Assembly: GCA_964525185.1 (NCBI GenBank)
Contig: CAZGFQ010000001.1
Span: forward strand, 29,486 to 93,485
Source of the DNA: an uncultured bacterium
GTDB taxonomy: Bacteria; Fidelibacterota; Marinisomatia; Marinisomatales; UBA1611
Direction: 5' to 3'
Length of the DNA: 64,000 bases
The position numbers and the translations under genes are program-made. This document shows positions 33,301 to 41,670 of this stretch, in pieces. Numbering within the stretch: the stretch's first letter is position 1; every line of letters begins with the position of its first letter. The notes below the pieces were generated by a model. The model had not been told where the DNA came from and did not search any database. It saw only the letters and a program-made list of their open reading frames with translations.

Positions 33301-34885
33301 CAACGAGAAAAATAGATTTTATTGATTCAAAATCTTGAAACAGATTTTCAATTTTTTGTGGTGCAATTGTTTGTCCTCGGCTATTCTTATATATGTCTTT
33401 TTTCCTATCAACGATGAAAAAATGACCATTTTTTTCCTCGAAAATATCGCCAGTGTGGAACCAACCATTCTTAAGTAAAGGTATTTCATTTTTCCCAAAA
33501 TAACCAATTGAAATATATTCACCGCGTAAAAGTAATTCATTGTCGTCTGCTAATGCCATTTCAATACCCGGTAAAGGTTTTCCAACAGAGTCCGGAGCAT
33601 AATCGTTCGGAGGTGTCATAGAAATCCCTCCCGAAGCTTCCGTCATGCCATATCCGCTCATTAAATGAATACCCCGATCTTGGAAAAATGAGAAAATATC
33701 TGGATCCAAATATCCGGCTCCAGCGAGACCCCATTTTAAATGTTCGCCTGTTATTTCTTTCAATAAATCTAAAACTTGATTGTCATTTAACTGGTTTGCA
33801 TTTCTCTTTAATTCAATCATATCATACATTTGAACCCATCGTTTTGGAATACTTATAAAAACGGAAGGTTTGGCTAAGCGAAATCCTTGAAGAATTGAAT
33901 TAAATGCAGGTGACTCAGAAAATGTATATGTAGCGCCCCAATAGATTGCTCCCATTAATTCAAAAAAACGACCAAATGTATGAAATAATGGCAGGTAGCA
34001 TAAAAATACATCTGTATTTCCAACTTCTGGAAGCGCCAATGCTCGTGCAAACCGTTTAGAAACCATATTCACATGGGAGAATGAAATCCCTTTGGGAAAG
34101 TCTGTTGTCCCAGACGTATATAGTACGGTAACGGGGTCATCCACATTTATGTCATTGAATTGATCAATTGTTCGGATCGGTTCCGATGTGTGTACTAAAT
34201 CGAGAAAAGATTCCCAGTGATACTTGGTATGTATATATTGTTCTTTTCCAGATACGGCAATTATCTGAACTGATGAGTGATCTGTATAAATGGCATTCCA
34301 CTTTTGTGCTGCACTTTCACTGCTAATAAATAGGTGTGTAACGCCAGAATGATTTAATGTATAAGATAAATGTTCTTGAGTTAAGTTTATGGGAAGAGGA
34401 ACAACAGTTACGCCAGAAATAATACAAGCGAGATCCACCATAGATGTTTTAACCTGATTTGGAGAAAAAATGCCCACAATTATAGGACCATCTGAAAGAG
34501 CTTTTATTGATTCACTTATATGGCATACTTGATTCCATACCTGAGAATAAGAGAAGGAGTGAAGTTCATCTTTCTCAATAAATTGCAATAATGGTTTATC
34601 CCCGTATAGCAGTACTCTTTGTAGAAATAATTTTCCAAAGTGAAATTGGCTTTTCCGAATCAATTTAACAATAATTTTAAACCATTCATTATGATTATTA
34701 TGATTAGAAAATAGGTGAGCAACGGCTGAATGGTGGCATTTATCTAGGAAAAAATATATATCTTCAGATGAAACGTCTTTATCCAAAAGTTCATGAGCCA
34801 AATCAATGATTAATGGCTTACTTTTGCCATTCAAGTTTTTCGGTTCAAATGCATTTGAAATAACATCTTTCATGAGCAATTCCAT
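30299..34885 (-). CDS. 1528-aa fusion: long-chain acyl-CoA-synthetase-like adenylating domain + ~770-aa unknown region + C-terminal GNAT acyltransferase
   Basis: The N-terminal ~620 aa carry LYTSGTTDFPKG, GYGMTEASG, WFHTGD, DRKKDIYK and ELTNKNSFNRKK (ACSL-type motifs). The last ~130 aa are GNAT-like (HLEWVVVKKAFQGNNLSQKLMDECFNRLNARGITHATV). The middle has no recognised domain. Confidence 0.8.
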   Translation of the reverse strand: MELLMKDVISNAFEPKNLNGKSKPLIIDLAHELLDKDVSSEDIYFFLDKCHHSAVAHLFSNHNNHNEWFKIIVKLIRKSQFHFGKLFLQRVLLYGDKPLLQFIEKDELHSFSYSQVWNQVCHISESIKALSDGPIIVGIFSPNQVKTSMVDLACIISGVTVVPLPINLTQEHLSYTLNHSGVTHLFISSESAAQKWNAIYTDHSSVQIIAVSGKEQYIHTKYHWESFLDLVHTSEPIRTIDQFNDINVDDPVTVLYTSGTTDFPKGISFSHVNMVSKRFARALALPEVGNTDVFLCYLPLFHTFGRFFELMGAIYWGATYTFSESPAFNSILQGFRLAKPSVFISIPKRWVQMYDMIELKRNANQLNDNQVLDLLKEITGEHLKWGLAGAGYLDPDIFSFFQDRGIHLMSGYGMTEASGGISMTPPNDYAPDSVGKPLPGIEMALADDNELLLRGEYISIGYFGKNEIPLLKNGWFHTGDIFEEKNGHFFIVDRKKDIYKNSRGQTIAPQKIENLFQDFESIKSIFLVGDGQEFNTVLIYPDTANTLFNFDQASREGIRHYFSSLILSVNSFLSSFERIVNFAVIQRDFSKDYGELTNKNSFNRKKVLENFGDVIVPMYRKNYINLYQGKNEIRIPIWLLRELGIPRTTLSWDGDYLLTQSEHGNLSFSWKENIIQIGDFQYEIEDSFFDFQPFIKSPHLWLGNESFVSFCGDLLFRLREFDNYQGIHVIANQSLFEHDGYRHKELDKGLTQLKEFHTLIQAYIHGDKTCFKPLRELIDQSNSQWKQLIRETCIQFFKHPNPRFKIDMIEILLPLLSGDMFFELLKDAFYSFRTQNVSTGFSIQSKRMKEPHYKSIIRALYEYRNRLNELDSIGLGFLQTLLLMVSDFGIQHPTGFSWARAELSWWQIANVPNRIKSTAQKSHFALINGFRRWLGPVATLSVDRETGQEYSWEQVLDFDNNVRQKHKEHILHAFMGTTLLREALFIFSNHCLIQLDDIPLKGIWVSHLGSRHGKSVFRILVRTRTLGIHNFVINVNEKLDRSFLEDETRWLILMGPAYKDDKLVEDFGGYWPEYDVYTEEYISGETLHQYLERNRVEIQNKRAEDRWQMRWLHFMWNGIYTYLEFWSRSHFTLNIKNPSPRNLIIPEHDYSRGRRLISISDREPEQSISTLYLTLFQQFILETEKQFPGLKRMADWEIIFTCTLRVATVNQGIPMLEKLIHAMDDKSIRIQFEELNCTAERIQQFITETKEIGVLTKPVVFASLRYERWLELNTDATRSARSSILEELYQDYHLDTLIEDYPETRVRFFMMTCFKQSSHELTEAFKEIIQNLRNKKMDPLSIAQRIQYIKNEIKLSEDEEFFLAKMLFRNLESGDYIELVSLEMGETEKLDLVVQVEDSNHQLYRVRPPFKPKEIAKFHSVLMEADLNALFQANHEFLFLFDKQNQLAGGVFWKNISSKHVHLEWVVVKKAFQGNNLSQKLMDECFNRLNARGITHATVGFFHEKFFYKMGFQIDPEFGGLVKYLNVN

Positions 34886-35066
34886 CCAATAAAGTTAGAG
34901 AAAAGTATAATTCATTCTTAATGAAACATGTGGAAAATAATTAAATAATATTAATGATGGTTTAATGGCATAATAAAAAATGCGATTGTCCCATCAATGA
35001 ACTGCACTAAATTTCTACCTGATACATAACATATGAATCAACAGAATAACATTCATCCATATAAAA

Positions 35067-36698
35067 ATGTCTGAGATTAATCAACTCAAACAACGTATTT
35101 CCCAATTACAGGGAAGAATAGCCCATCTAAATGAAATTGGTATTGCCCTTTCATCTGAAAAAAATACGGATAAACTTTTTGAGATGATTTTAGATGCAGG
35201 TAAAAAAATTACAAATGCAGATGGCCGTACACTGTACATGAAGAATCAAGATGGTAATCTTGATTTCAAAATATTATTAAATGAAACTATGAACACACAT
35301 GTGGGTGGTACATCCGGTGTTGAAATTCCATTTTATCCAGTCAAATTATGGTTGGATGAACATACACCAAATCATGCTAATGTGTCTGCGTATGTTGCAT
35401 TGACAGGAAAAACAGTTCATATTGATGATGCTTACGAAGAAGATGGCTTTGATTTTTCTGGTACAAAAGGGTTTGATAAAAAAACAGGATTCAGATCAAA
35501 ATCATTTTTAACGGTTCCATTGAAAAATCATGAAGATGACATTATTGGAGTAATGCAACTCATTAATGCACGAGATAAAGAAGGAAATGTCATACATTTT
35601 TCAGATGAAATGCAGGAGCAAGTGGAATCCATTGCATCTCAAGGTGCTGTTGCTTTAACCAATAAAAAGCTTGTTGAAGAATTAAAAACTTTATTTGAAG
35701 CATTCATAAAACTGATTGCTGTGGCCATCGATAAAAAATCTCCATACACGGGCGGACACTGTGAACGAGTCCCCATTATAACTATGATGCTTGCAGATGC
35801 AGTTGAAAAAGTAGACTATGGAAAGTACAAAGATTTTTCAATGAATGATGATGAACGCTACGAATTATATATTGCAGCATGGTTGCACGATTGTGGAAAA
35901 GTGGCTACACCACCACACGTTGTTGATAAAGGTACAAAGCTTGAAACAATTTATGATAGAATTGGTCTCATTGATACACGATTTGAAATATTGCGCCGTG
36001 ATGCGAAAATCAAATATCTTGAACAAAAGGCAGGGTTATTTGAAGCAACAGAAGAAACAATTCAAAAAATTGAAGATGATTACCGTGCTCAATTAAAACA
36101 GATTGATGAAGACCAGGCTTTTATAAAGCTCGTGAATCATGGAGGCGAATTCATGGAAAAAGATCTTCAAGAAAGAGTTTTAGATATTGCTAAATACCCA
36201 TATATCGAAAATGGAGTTGAAAAACCATTTCTTAGTGCAGATGAAGTTACTAATCTGAATATTCCAAAAGGAACTTTAACAGATGAGGAACGCACTATCA
36301 TTAATGATCATATTGTTATTACCATTGATATGCTTGAAAAACTTCCATATCCAAAACAATTAAAAAATGTACCTGAATTTGCAGGTGGACATCATGAAAA
36401 AATGGATGGAACAGGATATCCAAAAGGACTTAAAGGTGACCAAATGTCTGTCCAGGCAAAAATGATGGCCATTGCAGACATTTATGAGGCATTAACTGCG
36501 GCAGACAGACCTTATAAAGATGGGAAAAAAATATCACAAGCCATGCGAATCATGGGGTATATGAAAAATGATTATCATATTGACCCTGACTTATTCGAAA
36601 TATTTGTAAAAGAAGGTATCTATAAAAAATATGCAGGTGAATATGTAGATTCTATCCAGATTGACCAGGTTCAGGAAGGCGATTTCACTCTTTCATAA
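35067..36698 (+). CDS. GAF + HD-GYP domain protein (putative c-di-GMP phosphodiesterase)
   Basis: A GAF-like N-terminal half is followed by the HD motif LHDCGKV and GGHHEKMDGTGYPKGL. Confidence 0.85.
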   Translation: MSEINQLKQRISQLQGRIAHLNEIGIALSSEKNTDKLFEMILDAGKKITNADGRTLYMKNQDGNLDFKILLNETMNTHVGGTSGVEIPFYPVKLWLDEHTPNHANVSAYVALTGKTVHIDDAYEEDGFDFSGTKGFDKKTGFRSKSFLTVPLKNHEDDIIGVMQLINARDKEGNVIHFSDEMQEQVESIASQGAVALTNKKLVEELKTLFEAFIKLIAVAIDKKSPYTGGHCERVPIITMMLADAVEKVDYGKYKDFSMNDDERYELYIAAWLHDCGKVATPPHVVDKGTKLETIYDRIGLIDTRFEILRRDAKIKYLEQKAGLFEATEETIQKIEDDYRAQLKQIDEDQAFIKLVNHGGEFMEKDLQERVLDIAKYPYIENGVEKPFLSADEVTNLNIPKGTLTDEERTIINDHIVITIDMLEKLPYPKQLKNVPEFAGGHHEKMDGTGYPKGLKGDQMSVQAKMMAIADIYEALTAADRPYKDGKKISQAMRIMGYMKNDYHIDPDLFEIFVKEGIYKKYAGEYVDSIQIDQVQEGDFTLS

Positions 36699-36965
36699 AT
36701 GAAAAAACAGTCTATCATTTCAATGTCGCGAAATGAATTAAAGGTATACATTGAAGAAATCCAAAATGAACTACAAATCAAACTTACACAAGGGAAAAGC
36801 ATAGATGAATTCCTTGATTCAACTGATTTATTTGATGAATTTGAAACAATCCTTCCAGATAAAGAATTCGGTATATTCGTTATTACTATTTTACACAATA
36901 TTAAAAAAGAAGGTGTATTGAATTCTATCCTTGATATGATAGAAATATCTACCAGAGAATTATGA
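36699..36965 (+). CDS. Hypothetical 88-aa protein
   Basis: The ATG directly follows the upstream stop, and a 4-nt overlap links it to the downstream transporter gene. No family was recognised. Confidence 0.45.
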   Translation: MKKQSIISMSRNELKVYIEEIQNELQIKLTQGKSIDEFLDSTDLFDEFETILPDKEFGIFVITILHNIKKEGVLNSILDMIEISTREL

Positions 36966-38764
36966 CCATTGAAATAGGAATCGTATTATTCTTACTTGTG
37001 GGGACGTTTACTTTATTCGTCACAGAAGTGTTCCAAATTGAAGTCACTGCTCTATTGACTTTGTCTGCTATACTTGTACTTGGATATATTTCCCCAACAG
37101 ATGCAATTGAAGGATTTTCAAATCCAGCAGTTATTGTTATTGGATGTTTATTTATATTAAGCCATGCATTACAAAAATCGGGTGTATTAGAATATTTTGT
37201 TGTAAAAATTAATAAACTGGTCTCCAAGTCACTTTCTTTGGGATTGACTGTTTACCTACTTTCAATTGCATTAGCGTCTGCTGTTGTTAATAATACAGCC
37301 ATTGTTGCTATTTTTATGCCCGTAACCATTCGGATCGCAGGTCGATACAAATTAAGCCCATCCAAAGTATTGATTCCATTGAGTTATGCTGCCATATTCG
37401 GTGGAACATTAACATTAGTCGGAACATCGACAAATTTATTGGTAAATGCAATCTATATGGCTTCCGGAAATTACGAGCCGATGGGTATGTTTGAATTTGC
37501 TCGATTAGGATGGATTAATTTAGTAGTTGGTTTGGCTTATTTAGCGTGGATAGCTCCCAAATTACTTCCATCTAGAACGGTGACTTCAAGTTTAACAAAA
37601 AATTATCATTTGGGGGGCTATTTAACTGAAATGATGGTTGTGGCTGGGTCTCCCATGATTGGGAAATCGTGTTTACAACGAGGAATAAATCAACATTATG
37701 ATGTGATGGTTTTAGATATTCAAAGGGATAAGAAACTTATAACGACCAATATTCGTAATACGGAACTTCAAGCAGGTGATATTTTATTTGTACGTGGGTC
37801 GCTAGACGATTTTTTACGTATGAAAGAAGTAGAAAAAATCAATTTATTAACGGATGAAAAGTTGACTCAAAATGAACTTGAACAAGATGACAATATTTTA
37901 ATTGAATGTATTTTAACCGATAGATCTGACATGGTAGGAAGAAGCTTAATGGAGTTGAATTTTCGACGGAAGTTTGGAGCATTTGTTTTAGCTATTCGTC
38001 GAGAAGGATCATTGATTCGTAAAAAAATTGCTCACCTTGTTCTTCGATCATTTGATGCCTTATTAATTTATGGTCCAATAGATAAAATCCAAGAAATGGG
38101 ACACAATGGTGACTTTATTGTATTAGAAGAGTATGATACTTCCCTAAAGAAAAAGAAAAATTGGTGGGTGGCTACTGTGGTAATTTTACTCATTGTTTTT
38201 TTAGCTGCACTTGGAATTGTTCCCATTTTAAAAGGCGCCATTTTAGGAGTTGTTTTATTATTTGCATTTAGAGTCATTACACCTAACGAAGCGTATCAAG
38301 CAATTCATTGGCAAGTGATTGTCATGATCGCTGCTCTCATTCCATTGGGAAAAGTAATTCAAACTACAGGTACAGCAGATTGGATTGGACAATCAATCAT
38401 TTCATTTGTCCACAATGCACCCATAGAATATCAGCCTGTATTGCTACTTGCATTAGTTTACTTAATAACAGTTATTTTAACAGAAGTATCATCTAATGCA
38501 GCAACCGCTATTATTATGGCTCCAATTGCAATTGCAATAACTGCACAGTTAGGGCTGGATGCTAGGCCTTATATTTTTGCAGTATCTTTTGCTGCATCAG
38601 CTTCATTTATTACTCCCGTTGGATATCAGACGAATTTGATGGTATATGGCCCTGGAGGATATAAATTTTCCGATTATATGCGAGTCGGTTTCCCTCTCGC
38701 AATAACGTTTTGGCTTTTAGCAACTTGGATTATACCAAAACTATGGCCACTTGTGGCATTATAA
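36962..38764 (+). CDS. SLC13/DASS-family permease with two central TrkA-C (RCK_C) domains
   Basis: Multi-TM halves flank a soluble ~200-aa insert with two RCK_C-like repeats (...AGSPMIGKSCLQ... and ...DRSDMVGRSLMEL...). Confidence 0.85.
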   Translation: MTIEIGIVLFLLVGTFTLFVTEVFQIEVTALLTLSAILVLGYISPTDAIEGFSNPAVIVIGCLFILSHALQKSGVLEYFVVKINKLVSKSLSLGLTVYLLSIALASAVVNNTAIVAIFMPVTIRIAGRYKLSPSKVLIPLSYAAIFGGTLTLVGTSTNLLVNAIYMASGNYEPMGMFEFARLGWINLVVGLAYLAWIAPKLLPSRTVTSSLTKNYHLGGYLTEMMVVAGSPMIGKSCLQRGINQHYDVMVLDIQRDKKLITTNIRNTELQAGDILFVRGSLDDFLRMKEVEKINLLTDEKLTQNELEQDDNILIECILTDRSDMVGRSLMELNFRRKFGAFVLAIRREGSLIRKKIAHLVLRSFDALLIYGPIDKIQEMGHNGDFIVLEEYDTSLKKKKNWWVATVVILLIVFLAALGIVPILKGAILGVVLLFAFRVITPNEAYQAIHWQVIVMIAALIPLGKVIQTTGTADWIGQSIISFVHNAPIEYQPVLLLALVYLITVILTEVSSNAATAIIMAPIAIAITAQLGLDARPYIFAVSFAASASFITPVGYQTNLMVYGPGGYKFSDYMRVGFPLAITFWLLATWIIPKLWPLVAL

Positions 38765-38798
38765 TAAATGTGTAACCTTATTTTAATAATTCTATCTA

Positions 38799-39395
38799 AT
38801 GAATAATCATTTGGACGAAAAAACACTGATTGAAAATGCTGTGAATGGCGACCAAAATGCCATGGCAGTGTTAGTCGAATCTCACTCAGCTCGAATTTAT
38901 AGTTTAGCAATTAAATTGCTACAAAACGAAGAAGATGCTGAAGATATTCTTCAAGAAACATTTATTATTATGATGAAAAAATTGAATACATTTTCTGGAA
39001 AATCAAGCCTATATACATGGCTATATCGGATTGCAACAAACCTCGCTTTAGGTAAATTGCGAAGTAAAAAAATTGTTAACCCAAATGATGATATTGATAA
39101 TTTGAGTGAATCGAGTTATCTTGGAAAAGATATTCGAAAATGGGTAAACCCAATGGAAGAAGAGCAAGATCAATCTTTAATGAAATCGTGTTTAGAGCAA
39201 GCAATTTCAAAGTTACCTGATTCGTATCGGTCTGTTTTTATTATGAGAGATGTGGAAAAAAATTCAACGAGACATACTGCGGAAATATTGGGTCTTACAG
39301 AAGCAAATGTAAAAGTAAGATTAATGAGAGCCCGCCTTTATTTGAGAGATAGATTAGCTGAAAATATGAAATGCGTGGATGTAATACCAACCTAA
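38799..39395 (+). CDS. ECF-type RNA polymerase sigma-70 factor
   Basis: Region 2 (EDAEDILQETFIIMMKKL...YTWLYRIATN) and region 4 (RSVFIMRDVEKNSTRHTAEILGLTEANVKVRLMRAR) are present. Confidence 0.9.
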   Translation: MNNHLDEKTLIENAVNGDQNAMAVLVESHSARIYSLAIKLLQNEEDAEDILQETFIIMMKKLNTFSGKSSLYTWLYRIATNLALGKLRSKKIVNPNDDIDNLSESSYLGKDIRKWVNPMEEEQDQSLMKSCLEQAISKLPDSYRSVFIMRDVEKNSTRHTAEILGLTEANVKVRLMRARLYLRDRLAENMKCVDVIPT

Positions 39396-39646
39396 TGAAA
39401 TCTCATAAACATAATCATAATGATCATATTATAGAACTAGTTCAAAAACACTTGGGCAGAGATTTGGGTGCTAAGGCAAAGGGCGAATTAAAACACCATA
39501 TTGAGGAATGCCCAGATTGTAAGGTGTATGTCGATAGTGTTGAAGAAACTGTCAAGTTATATAAAAGTATTGATAATGCAACCGATATCCCATCGGACGT
39601 ATCTAAAAGATTATTTAAAGTTTTAAATTTAAAAAAGGATTCATAA
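39395..39646 (+). CDS. Anti-sigma factor, zf-HC2 type
   Basis: It carries the H...HHIEECPDC motif. The ATG at 39395 overlaps the sigma stop (TAATG). Confidence 0.7.
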   Translation: MKSHKHNHNDHIIELVQKHLGRDLGAKAKGELKHHIEECPDCKVYVDSVEETVKLYKSIDNATDIPSDVSKRLFKVLNLKKDS

Positions 39647-40011
39647 TGGCAAGACTTATATTAATTCCATCTGAGCATACCGATACTTCCCAAGTAGGTG
39701 GGAGCCATTTTGGACGCGCAAAATGGTATGTTTTAATGAATGAAAGTGGCGATGTAGAATTGGCCATTCCAGGTGGTCCATCCACTGGTCACGGGTTAAT
39801 ATTTAAACATCTAAAGGATGAATTACCTGAAGCGGTACTTATTACAGGAGCAGGGACACATGCATTCAAAGTAATGGAAAAATGGGGCGTGCCTCCCAGC
39901 CATTATCCGCAAGGCGTTTCCATGAAGGATGCAACTGTTGCCTATTTTGAAAATAAATTATTACCTTTCAAAGAGGAAGAAGCACATGCTTGCAAAACAC
40001 ACGTACATTGA
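39646..40011 (+). CDS. NifB/NifX-family (dinitrogenase FeMo-cofactor-binding fold) protein
   Basis: SHFGRAKWYVLMNESG...AVLITGAGTHAFKVMEKWGV matches the remembered Nitro_FeMo-Co pattern. Confidence 0.65.
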   Translation: MARLILIPSEHTDTSQVGGSHFGRAKWYVLMNESGDVELAIPGGPSTGHGLIFKHLKDELPEAVLITGAGTHAFKVMEKWGVPPSHYPQGVSMKDATVAYFENKLLPFKEEEAHACKTHVH

Positions 40012-40204
40012 AGATTTAGTTCGTGACTATCCTGAAGTTGTTCGTCCTTTAGCTGAAAAAGGGTTAATCTGTATTGCCTGTGGTGAACCCGTCTGGGGTA
40101 CTTTAGGCGAATTGGCAGAAAGTAAAGGGATAACACATATTGATACTATTATAGAAGAATTGAATTCAATTATTTCAGAAAAAAGAGAGGAAATTACTCA
40201 ATGA
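39986..40204 (+). CDS. DUF1858 / hybrid-cluster-protein-associated redox disulfide protein
   Basis: The ATG at 39986 has an AGAGGA upstream. The product reads IEDLVRDYPEVVRPLAEKGLICIACGEPVWGTLGELAESKGI, with a C..C pair. Confidence 0.6.
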   Translation: MLAKHTYIEDLVRDYPEVVRPLAEKGLICIACGEPVWGTLGELAESKGITHIDTIIEELNSIISEKREEITQ

Positions 40205-40617
40205 TTAAATCAATATTTTTACTTGTTGCATTGGTAGGAACGGGACTTTGGATGTATAGTGGTCAAAATGCCATTCTATCAGATGGGCAAAAATATTCCA
40301 TAGAAAATATACCAAATATTTCAGTCGAAGATGTTATTTCTAAAATTGAAAATAATGAAAATATTCTTATACTAGATGTAAGAACAAAGGGTGAATATAC
40401 CGGCTCACTTGGACATATAGATAATTCAATATTGATACCAGTACAAGAGTTAGGATCTAGATTATCTGAAATGAAACTTTATAATGAAAAAGAAATTATA
40501 GTTGTATGTCGAAGTGGGAATAGAAGCCGAACTGGTACAATGATTCTCATGAATGCAGGGTATCGTGCTATCAACATGCTTGGGGGAATGAAAGCGTGGA
40601 ACAAAAAGAAAAATTAA
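40201..40617 (+). CDS. Rhodanese-domain sulfurtransferase, membrane/secretion anchored
   Basis: The active-site loop is VCRSGNRS and an N-terminal hydrophobic segment is present. An ATGA overlap links it to the upstream gene. Confidence 0.85.
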   Translation: MIKSIFLLVALVGTGLWMYSGQNAILSDGQKYSIENIPNISVEDVISKIENNENILILDVRTKGEYTGSLGHIDNSILIPVQELGSRLSEMKLYNEKEIIVVCRSGNRSRTGTMILMNAGYRAINMLGGMKAWNKKKN

Positions 40618-40823
40618 ATAAGCTCAAACAACGACTTCCTAAATTACTTTTGGGAGGATTTGTCGGAGCAAGTATAGGTTATATTTATTATTATTTTATT
40701 GGGTGTAATTCAGGGCATTGCTCCATTACAGGTAATCCAATTAATAGTACAGTCTATGGCGCATTTGTAGGCTTTTTATGGATGTGGCCTGTAAAGAAAA
40801 AAAATGGAGAAACTAAATCATGA
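40596..40823 (+). CDS. Small membrane protein with GCNSGHC motif
   Basis: It has two hydrophobic helices flanking GCNSGHCSITGNP. The start is a GTG, and an ATGA overlap links it to the downstream gene. Confidence 0.5.
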   Translation: MEQKEKLNKLKQRLPKLLLGGFVGASIGYIYYYFIGCNSGHCSITGNPINSTVYGAFVGFLWMWPVKKKNGETKS

Positions 40824-41206
40824 AATATGGTTATTCAAAAAAAGTAAATCTATCTATGGATAGTGCAGAATCGAATATTCGAAAATCATTAATGGATGTG
40901 GGGTTTGGGGTATTAACTGATATAGATGTACAGCAAGCAATGAAAGAAAGGCTGGGTGAATCTTTCAGACCGTATAAAATTTTGGGAGCTTGTAATCCTC
41001 CCATTGCATTTAAAGCATTATCGGAAGAAATTGAAATTGGATTATTGTTGCCATGCAATGTCGTTTTATGGGAAAATGATGATAAAACTGTAACAGTCGC
41101 TGCAATAAATGCAAAATCTATGTTGTCAGTTACTGAGCGAAATGATTTGGCTGAAATGGCGGACCATATTAATGGCTTATTACAGACGGCAATTGATGCC
41201 GTATGA
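40820..41206 (+). CDS. DUF302-domain protein
   Basis: GFGVLTDIDVQQAMKERLG...YKILGACNP is the typical DUF302 core. Confidence 0.8.
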   Translation: MKYGYSKKVNLSMDSAESNIRKSLMDVGFGVLTDIDVQQAMKERLGESFRPYKILGACNPPIAFKALSEEIEIGLLLPCNVVLWENDDKTVTVAAINAKSMLSVTERNDLAEMADHINGLLQTAIDAV

Positions 41207-41292
41207 CGGATGCATTATCCATCATCCTTATTTTTGGTGCTTGGTATTTAGTCAATAAAGTCATTTTACCAAAGCTTGGAGTCCCAACATGA
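41203..41292 (+). CDS. Possible 29-aa single-TM peptide, not in ORF track
   Basis: An ATGA overlap links it to the DUF302 stop. The product is MTDALSIILIFGAWYLVNKVILPKLGVPT. Confidence 0.3.
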   Translation: MTDALSIILIFGAWYLVNKVILPKLGVPT

Positions 41293-41365
41293 CAAGTGCC
41301 ATATATTCCGTGTGAAGAAAAAAAATTAGAACAAAAAAACATTCCAACAGAAAGAGAAAACCATC

Positions 41366-41575
41366 ATGCCGATGTTTGATTATAAATGTGAAAAGTGTGA
41401 TACAATATTTGACGAATTAGTCCCATCAAGTGATACGCCAGACACAGATATTGTTTGTCCGAAATGTAAAGAAAAACAAGCAAAAAGATTATTGTCTGCA
41501 CCTGTAGTTGCTGTGGGTGGCGGTCAAAATGTTTCATCTGGAGGCAGTTGTAATCCAACTTCTGGCTTTTCCTGA
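41366..41575 (+). CDS. FmdB-family zinc-ribbon protein
   Basis: MPMFDYKCEKCD...VCPKCK is the CxxC...CxxC signature at the N-terminus. Confidence 0.75.
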   Translation: MPMFDYKCEKCDTIFDELVPSSDTPDTDIVCPKCKEKQAKRLLSAPVVAVGGGQNVSSGGSCNPTSGFS

Positions 41576-41670
41576 GCCAGCTAGTATCTGCGGTCGCAGA
41601 TTTCCCAATAGCAATTGATTAATTGAATTCAATTATTCCTTAAGGATTAGTATGTTTTCGGTTAAATTAA

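Noticed and set aside
41290-41385. Possible selenocysteine read-through of the TGA ending the 29-aa peptide (…LGVPT-TGA-QVPYIPCEEKK…), in a thiol/sulfur gene cluster
   Set aside because: I could not fold a convincing SECIS-like hairpin immediately downstream of the TGA. The extension would run into the FmdB gene start. No selenoprotein family with this motif is known to me. A bacterial SECIS search and a check for selA/selB/selD in the genome would settle it.
41586-41601. Palindrome ATCTGCGGTCGCAGAT just after the FmdB-like gene
   Set aside because: The 7-bp arms have only a 2-nt centre and no T-tract follows. It is too weak to call either a terminator or an operator.
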